A DNA stretch of 64,000 nucleotides. It comes from an uncultured Chloroflexia bacterium (GTDB lineage: Bacteria; Chloroflexota; Anaerolineae; Anaerolineales; Anaerolineaceae). A model generated the notes under the pieces. That model searched no databases. It saw only the letters and a program-made list of their open reading frames with translations, and was not told the DNA's origin. This document shows, one piece after another, positions 34,461-42,917 of the stretch (its first letter is position 1; every line of letters begins with the position of its first letter). The stretch lies in assembly GCA_963732595.1 (NCBI GenBank), contig CAVSZZ010000001.1, positions 287,007 through 351,006 on the forward strand. The letters are read 5' to 3'. A program made the translations under genes and the position numbers.

Positions 34461-36995
34461 ATGCCTGACCTGCAAACCGACCAACATCTGGCAAACCAGA
34501 TGATCGAAAATGCGGTGGAAAATTGTGCCCGCAGGCTTTTCGATGGTGACACACAGGAGGTTTACCACAGCCTGCAACAGGGTCGATGCGATGTTTGCGG
34601 ACAACTCTCCTTGCAGCTCGTCAGCCAGGTTGGAAGATACCTGGGCGAACTCGACCATACGGTTAAAGCGGTCTACCAACTGGCACCCGAATCACAGGTT
34701 GGCGTTCAACCGCACGGTGACCAGGTTGATGAAAACTATCATCCCGGTTTGAACCTGGTCGTGTGGGTGGAACGCAAGAATCCGGCTCTCATTGCCCTGG
34801 GAGGGACCCTTGAAAAGGTATTAACCGACAGCCGCCGAAAAGTTGGCTGCAGCCATGCCCTGCCAGCCTGCTTCACCTTCAACCTTCAAACAGTGGATGA
34901 TCGTGACATCCTGGAAGGGCGCGGCATGGGCCTGGTGGTTAATGCCGGTTATATCAAAAGCATGCGGGTCTGGTCACGAGATGACGCATCACCCGGCCTG
35001 CCGGATGGATTTGAACAGCTCCCCCTCAACCTCGATATTGTCCCTGAGGAGCGCCTGTTCCAGATGGCCAGGGAAATCGAAGGTTTGTCCGAACCCGAAC
35101 GCTCGAACCGTCAGCATCATCTCAGAGAGCTTAAAGTAACCCTGATCCGCAAGATCATCAGCGATCACCTGGCATATATCAACCTTGCACGGGAGTGGCT
35201 CACATTCGATGACCTGGAGACGATCCACTCACGCAAGCTGGGAGCCGGCCGAATCGGCGGTAAATCAGCCGGCATGCTGCTGGCTTACCGCATCCTGAGC
35301 GATACCGCCGAAGAGCCCATTCGGAAACAACTGCAAATTCCTGAATCCTACTACCTGGGTTCAGATCTGATGTACACCTTCATGGCCATGAACGGCCTGA
35401 TCCACTGGCACGATCAAAAATACAAACCGGAGTCGAAAATACGCGGTGAGTATCAGCAACTCGAGCTCGAGTTCCTGAAAGGCCACTTCCCCCCGGAAGT
35501 CCTGGCGGAGCTGCGAACGATCCTTAACCTCATCGGGAAAAGGCCTGTCATTATCCGCTCGTCCAGTCAATTGGAGGATAATTTTGGGACCTCCTTTGCC
35601 GGCAAATACACCAGCGTTTTTTGCCCTAACCAGGGTAACCTGGAGGAAAACCTGATAGCCCTGACCAGGGCAATCGCCCGGGCGTATGCCAGTACTTTTC
35701 GACCGGAAGCGCTTTTATACCGGCGGGATCGAAAACTGCTGGATTACGATGAACGCATGGCCATCCTGATCCAGGTCGTGCATGGTGAACGCTGGGGCAG
35801 GTATTACCTGCCGTTTGCAGCCGGGGTTGCCTTCAGTCATAATATCTATCGCTGGGCACCGGAGATCCGGCGTGAGGATGGATTCTCCCGCCTGGTATGG
35901 GGTCTGGGAACCCGGGCGGTCGAGCGGGTGGGCAACGATTATCCCCGCCTGGTCGCCCTCAGCCATCCCGCCATCCAACCGGATGATTCGGCAGAGGCCA
36001 TTCGCCGCTACTCCCAACGATTTGTGGATGTGATCGACCTTGAAGATAATACGCTGAAAACCCTTCCCATCCTGGATGTTTTGAACAGCAATTATCCGGC
36101 AATACGCCTGGTGACCCAGTTGGAACAGGATGGATACTTCACCACGCCCGTCAGTCGTGTCATGGCATCCGATCTGCCCAACCTTGCGATCACCTACGAT
36201 GGTTTACTCAGGCATACCGGGTTTCCGGGTTTGCTCTCCCGCGTTCTGCATATTCTTGAAGAGGAATATCACACGCCGGTGGACATCGAATACACCGTCA
36301 GCCTGCCGGACCCTGATTCGAACCAACAGGATGTGATGTTGACGCTCTTACAATGCCGCCCGCAAAGCAGCCTGAAACAGGGGAAACAAGTCAGCTTGCC
36401 GCGCAATTTACCGAAAGAGGATATCCTCTTCACCTCGGACTTTATCGTTCCCAGGGGTTACCTGCCCCGCATCACCCACGTGGTCTTCGTCGTGCCGGAT
36501 GCATATTTCAAGCTTGGGGATGAGACTGCCCGGAATGAGATCGGCCGGCTGGTCAGCCAGCTGAATTCCAAACTGGACAAGAAATCATTCATCTGCATCG
36601 GTCCCGGCAGGTGGGGATCTGCCAATCTTGACCTGGGGGTGTACGTGGCTTATGCCGATATCTGCAATGCGGGCGCATTAGTGGAATTATCCGGCAAAGG
36701 GGAAGGTCAGGTTTCAGAAGCCTCTCTGGGAACGCATTTCTTCCAGGACCTGATGGAAGCCCAGATCTACCCCATCGTGATCTCACTGGACCGACCGGGG
36801 ACCACTTTCAACCAGGATTTCTTCCTCAAGACGCCCAACGTCCTGAAGGATTACATCGAAGTAAAGGGAAAAGCTGGAAATAGCCTGCGTCTGATCGATG
36901 TGGCTGCCTACCGGCCGGGACATCATATCGAGGTGGTCATGGACGATGAAAAGGGGCAGAGCATCGCGTATTTGAAAGCGGATAAGCCCGAATAA
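34461..36995 (+). CDS. PEP/pyruvate-binding (PPDK_N ATP-grasp) domain protein with unknown N- and C-terminal regions
   Basis: 844 aa. GAGGAGG RBS 35 nt after the gltB-like gene. The central block GGKSAGMLLAY...VIIRSSSQLEDNFGTSFAGKYTSV resembles the nucleotide-binding domain of PEP synthase/PPDK. I did not see the GGxTSH swivel-histidine motif. Confidence 0.6.
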   Translation: MPDLQTDQHLANQMIENAVENCARRLFDGDTQEVYHSLQQGRCDVCGQLSLQLVSQVGRYLGELDHTVKAVYQLAPESQVGVQPHGDQVDENYHPGLNLVVWVERKNPALIALGGTLEKVLTDSRRKVGCSHALPACFTFNLQTVDDRDILEGRGMGLVVNAGYIKSMRVWSRDDASPGLPDGFEQLPLNLDIVPEERLFQMAREIEGLSEPERSNRQHHLRELKVTLIRKIISDHLAYINLAREWLTFDDLETIHSRKLGAGRIGGKSAGMLLAYRILSDTAEEPIRKQLQIPESYYLGSDLMYTFMAMNGLIHWHDQKYKPESKIRGEYQQLELEFLKGHFPPEVLAELRTILNLIGKRPVIIRSSSQLEDNFGTSFAGKYTSVFCPNQGNLEENLIALTRAIARAYASTFRPEALLYRRDRKLLDYDERMAILIQVVHGERWGRYYLPFAAGVAFSHNIYRWAPEIRREDGFSRLVWGLGTRAVERVGNDYPRLVALSHPAIQPDDSAEAIRRYSQRFVDVIDLEDNTLKTLPILDVLNSNYPAIRLVTQLEQDGYFTTPVSRVMASDLPNLAITYDGLLRHTGFPGLLSRVLHILEEEYHTPVDIEYTVSLPDPDSNQQDVMLTLLQCRPQSSLKQGKQVSLPRNLPKEDILFTSDFIVPRGYLPRITHVVFVVPDAYFKLGDETARNEIGRLVSQLNSKLDKKSFICIGPGRWGSANLDLGVYVAYADICNAGALVELSGKGEGQVSEASLGTHFFQDLMEAQIYPIVISLDRPGTTFNQDFFLKTPNVLKDYIEVKGKAGNSLRLIDVAAYRPGHHIEVVMDDEKGQSIAYLKADKPE

Positions 36996-37069
36996 GGTGG
37001 CGTTTCCAAAATCAAGTATAAGGACTGTTTATCCAGCGTGTGAATTGTCATTGCGAGCCGCGGTCTTTG

Positions 37070-37132
37070 CTTTTTGCGGCGTGGCAATCCATTAATCAAA
37101 AGTCCTTTAGCGTTTAATCCTAGTGGTTAATG
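37070..37132. repeat. 16-bp inverted repeat (1 mismatch) forming the core of a nested palindromic element
   Basis: cgtggcaatccattaa (37070-37085) pairs with ttaatggattgccgcg (37117-37132). Outer arms are tgtcattgc (37036-37044) and gcaataaca (37155-37163). An extra hairpin ggatgc-tcc-gcatcc lies at 37135-37149. Confidence 0.6.
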
Positions 37133-37343
37133 GATTGCCGCGTTGGATGCTCCGCATCCCGTAGGCAATAACAGCCACTGGCTATGTTAGGCAAGTTCCA
37201 TGGTCGCTTATCGTTTATTACTTGCATTCAAAGAACGGGTGGCTGGCATGCTTAGAATTTGTATTAATTAGATTCACCGCCTTTATAATTAGCCGGTTGG
37301 GCAATATATTTAATAAATTATGAACAAATATATTTCATAAAAA

Positions 37344-37643
37344 TTGGATCTGATTATATGGATAAGTGGATTAGGTCTAGAGCTGTTTCCAGTATTAGAC
37401 CTCCCAAAGGTGAGCGGATTCAAACCATTTACTGAAAATGTTGACGTGTTATTACCTAATGGGAAAAAGGTAAAATACTCTGCTCAGTTTTTGTTAAAAC
37501 ATATCAACGTCGGCAATAGAATGGGGCAATGGAAAATAGTAATTTTGTTACCTAGAGTAAATAAAAAGGACATTCCAGCTGGAAGTGAGATAATTGTGAC
37601 TGAAACTATTGCCTCTCGTCTAACGCTTATCAGAGAAGAATAA
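37344..37643 (+). CDS. Hypothetical small protein (weakly supported ORF in the AT-rich island)
   Basis: 99-codon ORF with a TTG start only, no clear RBS and no recognisable motif. It is the only sizeable + strand ORF in the 1.35-kb gap. A weak hairpin with a T7 run follows at ~37650-37677. Confidence 0.2.
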   Translation: MDLIIWISGLGLELFPVLDLPKVSGFKPFTENVDVLLPNGKKVKYSAQFLLKHINVGNRMGQWKIVILLPRVNKKDIPAGSEIIVTETIASRLTLIREE

Positions 37644-37767
37644 TCCAGAAACGAGATATACCCATACTCCGTTTTTTTGCGAATAATCCAATAATAAACA
37701 TCAGCCGATATATATGAATAATTAAGCGGCATAGCCCCCAAAGAACGGCTGTCTGGTTTTTCTTCAT

Positions 37768-37792
37768 CCTCTCCCCCGAAACGGGGGAGAGG
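37768..37792. repeat. GC-rich perfect hairpin cctctccccc-gaaac-gggggagagg
   Basis: 10-bp perfect stem embedded in AT-rich sequence. It shares the arm cctctccc with the hairpin at 38060-38093. Confidence 0.6.
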
Positions 37793-38059
37793 CAACTTAT
37801 TGGTGAAAGTGCCATTTCCAGATGAAAAGGAATAATCCAAATTTAGATATTTAATAGATGCCGGGGGTGAGGGGGTTTGGTCAGATCTCACATCCACCAT
37901 CGGCGTTCCAATTCTTCAATGGTATCGTCCGATCCACATTTGCATTTTGATATAACGCATTCTGCCAGGCATGACCCCTCCCTCACCAATCGAATGTTTT
38001 TACCTGCCATCAATTATTTATTATCAAACAACGGAATACTCTAATTAATTACAGGTTTG

Positions 38060-38093
38060 CCTCTCCCTCCCAAGCAATCTTGGGAGGGAGAGG
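38060..38093. repeat. GC-rich perfect hairpin cctctccctcccaag-caat-cttgggagggagagg
   Basis: 15-bp perfect stem with a 4-nt loop in AT-rich sequence. It is related to the 37768-37792 hairpin. Confidence 0.6.
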
Positions 38094-38344
38094 TGTTTAA
38101 GATATCTTTGAGTTTAAAGGCGGCATAGAATGCTGTCCTACAGTTATTATTTCAAATAATACGGAACGTCAATGATCACACTCTGGTAACCACGCCGGCG
38201 TCTGCGATAGAGCAAGGCAGCCTTTAATAATCAGGCGGCATATACTGTCCGCATGATAATTTTCTTATTCTCGCCAGCATTTTATGCCTGTAAACCTCAA
38301 CTTCTTATGTTTATTACCAGAAATCCAAACTGGATCTGAAGCTT

Positions 38345-39673
38345 TTAGCTACGGATAGACTTAAACTGTGGCAGGTAATCCCGATTCCATTCGAACATCT
38401 CCTGCACCATTTGCTTGATCTCAGCCAGTGACAACACGGAAGCGGTCAACGGATCATGCGCGATGGCGCGGTAGATCATGGTCGGGTCGCCGGCCAGGGT
38501 CCCGGTGATGGCCATCTCCTCGATCCCGGAACTGAGCTGGGTCAGCAGGGCACACTGCGGCGGCAGCGCCCCAACATGCAGCGGGTGAACGCCAGCTTTA
38601 TCCACCACCACCGGCACCTCGACACAGGCGCCATGCGGCAGGTTCGTGATCAGATCGGTGTTGAGGACATTGCCATTGAACTGGAACATATCACCACCCA
38701 TCAGGGCATTAATGATACAGGCGGCATATTCCAATCCCCGCGTGAGCATAATGGGGGTCTCCGCGGCGAACCACTCGCGAGCCTGGTCCTTCCAGGTGGC
38801 TTCGTTATTCTGATACTCTTTCAAAATATAGGCGTACTCACCAGGGTTCCAACCCGTCCCGGACAGGCAGTACTTCTCGATCAACTCGGGCCGCTTGCGG
38901 AACCACCAGTTGTATTCCGAGTTGTGCCCGCTGGATTCGGTGACATATTTCCCCAGGGCCAGGTACATCTCGTTCCGCACGATCTCCATGTCGTAAATGT
39001 CCTTGTTTTCGGTGATGGCCTTGTGGATGCGCGGGTAAGCATCCTCCCCGTCCACTTGATAATCCAGGTACCAGGCCATGTGGTTGATGCCGGCGCAGGT
39101 GTAGGTGACCTTATCGAAATCCGCGTCGATCCAGCTCGACAGCATGAAGGCTGTTCCCTGAACGGAGTGGCACAGTCCGGTGGTTGGGATGAAGCTCTGG
39201 CGCTGGATGGCGCCGCACAGCATGGCCATCGGGTTGGTGTAGTTCAACAGGGTGGCTTTCGGGCAGTACTTCTCCATGTCGTGCACGATATCCATCAGGA
39301 CTGGAAGCGTGCGCATGAAACGGAAGATGCCGCTCGGACCGCGGGTATCCCCCACGTTGATGTCGACGCCATATTTCTTCGGGATCTCGATATCATGGCG
39401 CCAGACCTCTGTGCCACCGGCCAGAATGGTAGTCAGGACGACATCCGCATCCTTCAAAGCCTCCCCCCGGTCCAGAGTCGCCAACACGGTTGCCGGGTAT
39501 TTTCCCAGGGTGATGATCTTCTCCACCGACTTCCTGGCGAATTCCAGCCGCTCAGGGTCGATGTCCATCAAAGCCAGCGTGGCATCCTCCAATAGGGGAA
39601 AGGTCAGGATGTCGCGCACCAGTTCGCGGGTGAAACCCAGGCTGCCGGCTCCGATGAAAGCAATTTTGGTCAT
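38345..39673 (-). CDS. Glycoside hydrolase family 4 (NAD+/Mn2+-dependent alpha-glucosidase/alpha-galactosidase type)
   Basis: 442 aa. N-terminal [12 protein letters not shown] Rossmann motif, [17 protein letters not shown]. All are GH4 hallmarks. Confidence 0.8.
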   Translation of the reverse strand: MTKIAFIGAGSLGFTRELVRDILTFPLLEDATLALMDIDPERLEFARKSVEKIITLGKYPATVLATLDRGEALKDADVVLTTILAGGTEVWRHDIEIPKKYGVDINVGDTRGPSGIFRFMRTLPVLMDIVHDMEKYCPKATLLNYTNPMAMLCGAIQRQSFIPTTGLCHSVQGTAFMLSSWIDADFDKVTYTCAGINHMAWYLDYQVDGEDAYPRIHKAITENKDIYDMEIVRNEMYLALGKYVTESSGHNSEYNWWFRKRPELIEKYCLSGTGWNPGEYAYILKEYQNNEATWKDQAREWFAAETPIMLTRGLEYAACIINALMGGDMFQFNGNVLNTDLITNLPHGACVEVPVVVDKAGVHPLHVGALPPQCALLTQLSSGIEEMAITGTLAGDPTMIYRAIAHDPLTASVLSLAEIKQMVQEMFEWNRDYLPQFKSIRS

Positions 39674-39769
39674 GATTCTATTCTCCTGGACTGATTTGAT
39701 TGATGGTTGTTTGGGTGAATACTGGATCCGCCCTTTTGTATTTTACTAAGGAACAGCCTGAATTCGGAA

Positions 39770-40822
39770 TCAATGACAGAAGTCACTGCCATAATCACTA
39801 AAGGTATCACCCCGAATTGGGATGAACTCCCAGGTGTAGCCTTCCGCATAAAGTTGGAACTTTAATACGCCAAAGGATGAGTTATCCCTCACTTCGCTGT
39901 TGGCCCTGATCTCGCCGAACTGGTGGTGGGTTGCTCCGCCAGTTCCAACAATGAATTCCCGGATGCCCCTTTCCAGGTCCAGCTGGCCGGCGGGGTTCTG
40001 GGGTGCGAAGCGCTCATAAATGTGATCGTGCGCACTCAGCACGACATCGGCACCGTAATCATACAGCACCTGGATGACCGGCGCCATTTCGTCCATATTA
40101 CCCACGTAACCGGATGACCAGCGCGGGTAATGCCAGTAAGCCAACGTGCACTGGGTGGGATGGCTGGCCAGGTCTGCCTGCAACCACTGTAACTGCTCGG
40201 ACCCCTCCCCTTCATTGATCACGCTGTTGATGGCGATAATATGCCAGTCACCCACTTCATAACTATAGTAACCTTTGCCATATTCACCGGCTCTTGACCC
40301 GAAATAATCAAAGTAACTGGCACCCCCATCATAGGCATAATCGTGGTTACCAGGTACCGGGAACAAGCGGTCCATATAACGTCCCCAGGAATAACCGAAA
40401 CAATCGGTAAACTGCTGTGGTTCTCCCCGATCGTTCGAATTATCCCCGATGGTGAAGATCGATCCCGGGATGGATGCCAGCAGCTCAGAGGTGTGGTTGT
40501 CACCATCCTGGTGGCACATGCTGATATCCCCGGCGCCCACCAGGACATCCGGCAGAGGTTCCGGGGTGTAGGTCACGGTGGGTGTCAGGGTGGCCGTTGC
40601 AGTCGGGGTCTGGGTCGGGGTGGACGTAGGGGTGATGGTGGGGGTGTTGGCCACCGGTTGGAAAGGGGTAAGGGTGGGTGAGGCATTGGGTGCGACCGTG
40701 ATCAGGTCCACCAATGGAACCACTTCTGGTTCCACTGCACTGTTCAAACTGGTTGGAAGCTGGCAGGCCAGCAGGATCAGCACCAGGGCAGAGATCGGCA
40801 GGGTCCAGCGCTTCAACCTCAT
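39770..40822 (-). CDS. Secreted calcineurin-like metallophosphoesterase with Pro/Thr-rich linker
   Basis: Signal peptide with LLACQ, a TPTxTPT linker, then GAGDIS, GDNSN, GNHDY, SAHDHIYER metallophosphoesterase motifs. Confidence 0.75.
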   Translation of the reverse strand: MRLKRWTLPISALVLILLACQLPTSLNSAVEPEVVPLVDLITVAPNASPTLTPFQPVANTPTITPTSTPTQTPTATATLTPTVTYTPEPLPDVLVGAGDISMCHQDGDNHTSELLASIPGSIFTIGDNSNDRGEPQQFTDCFGYSWGRYMDRLFPVPGNHDYAYDGGASYFDYFGSRAGEYGKGYYSYEVGDWHIIAINSVINEGEGSEQLQWLQADLASHPTQCTLAYWHYPRWSSGYVGNMDEMAPVIQVLYDYGADVVLSAHDHIYERFAPQNPAGQLDLERGIREFIVGTGGATHHQFGEIRANSEVRDNSSFGVLKFQLYAEGYTWEFIPIRGDTFSDYGSDFCH

Positions 40823-40886
40823 AAGGAAAAATTATACCCTGCTGAAGGGTATGGCAGCCGCATGGGGACGGTTTTCAATCCGCAAC

Positions 40887-41867
40887 TCAGTGACAGACAT
40901 CACTGCCGGTATCGGTAAAAGTCATCCCCTCCGCCGGGATGAACTCCCAGGTATAACCATCAGGAAATAAAAAGAATGCAATGACGCCGAAGGAGGTGTT
41001 ATCACGCACCTGGCTGTTGGCATGGATCATCCCGTAGCGATAATGGGATGCGCCACCCGTACCAACCACGAATTCGCGCATGCCAGCGGCAAGGTCCTGA
41101 CCACCGTTCGGATCCATTGGGGCAAAACGTTCATACATATGTTCGTTGCCATTGATAACCACATCCACCCCGTTTTCGTACAGGATCTGCCAAACAGCTG
41201 CCACGCGGCCGTTGTCCCCGGATTCGCCGGAAGTCCAGCGCGGATGGTGCCAGTACGCCAGGGTGCAGCGGGATGGGTGCGACGCGAGATCGTCCTTAAG
41301 CCACCGCATCTGGGGCGAATCCTCGTGGATGTCGATGACGCTGTTCAACGCAAGGATATGCCAGCCACCGAGATCATAGCTGTAGTATCCCCTGCCGCGG
41401 GTCACCAGGCCACCCGAAAAATAGTCGTAATACGCGCTGGCATTATCGGTCACGTAATCATGATTTCCGGGCACGGGGTTCAGTCTTTCCAGGAACTGTC
41501 CCCACGATGGACCAAAACAGTTCAAATATTCGAAAGCGGTACCATTCTCATTGGAATTATCTCCCACCGTAAAGACCATCCCCGGAATTCCAGCCAGCAG
41601 GTCTGCAGTTTGATCATCCCCTTTTTGCCCGCAAATGCTGATATCGCCCGCGCCGACCAGGACAGACGGCAGGGGTGTAGGTGTGTGTGTGGCAGTTGGC
41701 AAATTTGTCGGGGTGACGGTCGGCGAAGGCGAGGGAAAAGCCGTCGGTCTGTTTGGGACAGGCTGAACCCCTGCCGGGACCTGGCAGCCTGCCATAAGGA
41801 GTATTCCCCACCCGCTCAGGAGTATTCCACGCAGCCCATTCCTATGAGTAATTGGTTTCACGGTCAA
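40887..41867 (-). CDS. Secreted calcineurin-like metallophosphoesterase (tandem paralogue)
   Basis: Same motif set (GAGDIS, GDNSN, GNHDY, GNEHMYER) and the same ...GSD.CH C-terminus as 39770-40822. N-terminal LMAGCQ lipobox-like signal. Confidence 0.75.
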   Translation of the reverse strand: MTVKPITHRNGLRGILLSGWGILLMAGCQVPAGVQPVPNRPTAFPSPSPTVTPTNLPTATHTPTPLPSVLVGAGDISICGQKGDDQTADLLAGIPGMVFTVGDNSNENGTAFEYLNCFGPSWGQFLERLNPVPGNHDYVTDNASAYYDYFSGGLVTRGRGYYSYDLGGWHILALNSVIDIHEDSPQMRWLKDDLASHPSRCTLAYWHHPRWTSGESGDNGRVAAVWQILYENGVDVVINGNEHMYERFAPMDPNGGQDLAAGMREFVVGTGGASHYRYGMIHANSQVRDNTSFGVIAFFLFPDGYTWEFIPAEGMTFTDTGSDVCH

Positions 41868-41886
41868 TGCAGCACATAGAGAGGGT

Positions 41887-42765
41887 CTAGAATTTTAACA
41901 AATCCGGGTAGAGCCACTTCTTTCCTCTGGTTTCTTTTACTTTATCCCATTCACTGAGAAGGCGGATCGCTTCCACAGCAGTCTGGATGGTGGATCTCCA
42001 ACCCTGGCCGGTGAATTCAAGCTGGCCATCCACACGGTTGGCCAGCGCATAACACACCGCGCCGCCGCGAATCCCGAACAGATTACAGAGCGTTAAAAGG
42101 CTGGAGGCTTCCATTTCAAAGTTGAGAACCCCGGCCTTTTGCCAGTATTGAACGATGCCCTCTGACTGGGGTTGCATATACCCCTTGGCCCCCGGCCGAG
42201 CCTGTCCCGGATAGAAAGAATCAGCCGAGCGGGTGATGCCGACATGATAGGGATACCCTGCCTGCTCGGCAGCCTGGATCAGCGCCATCAGCACCTCGTG
42301 ATCGGCAAAGGCCGGGTACTCCAGGGCTACGTAGTCGCTGGAGGCGTGCTCGCTGCGCACGGCACCGGATGTGATGATCAGATCATCGATGTGGATTCCC
42401 GGCTGGATGGCCCCTGAGCAGCCCACCCGGATGATGGTGTCCGCGCCGCACTCCACCAGTTCGTCGACCACATTGACGCCGGCCGCGGAACCAACCCCCA
42501 CTGAAGTGACCGTCAGCGGGACGCCTTTGTAAGTTCCGGTGAAGGTCACATTCTCACCGTTGTCTGTCACCTTGCGGGCCTCATCGAACAGGTCCGCGAT
42601 GGCGTCCGAACTGTAATCCCACAGGACGGTCAGGATGGCGTAGCGGGCGACATCGCCCCTGCCCAACTGGGTGACAAGCTGTTTACCATTAAAGGTTGGC
42701 CGCTCACTGCTCATCGCATCCGGCGGCAGTTTAGAGGTATGATCCTGGTTCATAAGTTTCTCCAA
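41887..42765 (-). CDS. PNP/UDP-family nucleoside phosphorylase (uridine phosphorylase-like)
   Basis: 292 aa. GVGSAAG, IRVGCSGA and FEMEAS blocks are typical of the PNP_UDP_1 family. Confidence 0.7.
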   Translation of the reverse strand: MEKLMNQDHTSKLPPDAMSSERPTFNGKQLVTQLGRGDVARYAILTVLWDYSSDAIADLFDEARKVTDNGENVTFTGTYKGVPLTVTSVGVGSAAGVNVVDELVECGADTIIRVGCSGAIQPGIHIDDLIITSGAVRSEHASSDYVALEYPAFADHEVLMALIQAAEQAGYPYHVGITRSADSFYPGQARPGAKGYMQPQSEGIVQYWQKAGVLNFEMEASSLLTLCNLFGIRGGAVCYALANRVDGQLEFTGQGWRSTIQTAVEAIRLLSEWDKVKETRGKKWLYPDLLKF

Positions 42766-42917
42766 AATTGTTATACCCGCATGATAACCGATTTTTGTTG
42801 CCAGTTGGTTGACCGGAATGCCTTTTCATATCACCATGAATTTATCCTCCCACCAAAACAACCTCAATAAATGGTAAGATTTCTGTGAATTCATTATCTC
42901 AGGATAAGGAATACTTT

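Noticed and set aside
37484-37900. 138-aa and 61-aa - strand ORFs inside the AT-rich island.
   Set aside because: They run straight through the GC-rich hairpin and short repeats, have no RBS, and their products are compositionally odd. They are more likely to be chance ORFs than genes.
37638-38242. Possible CRISPR array or tandem repeat in the hairpin-rich region.
   Set aside because: The repeats are short (8-15 nt), differ in sequence and are irregularly spaced. No cas genes are present in the window.
40560-40700. Repetitive ggtg/gggt-rich DNA that looks like a tandem repeat.
   Set aside because: It is the coding sequence, on the - strand, of the Pro/Thr-rich linker of the metallophosphoesterase. 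It is a low-complexity protein linker, not a non-coding repeat.
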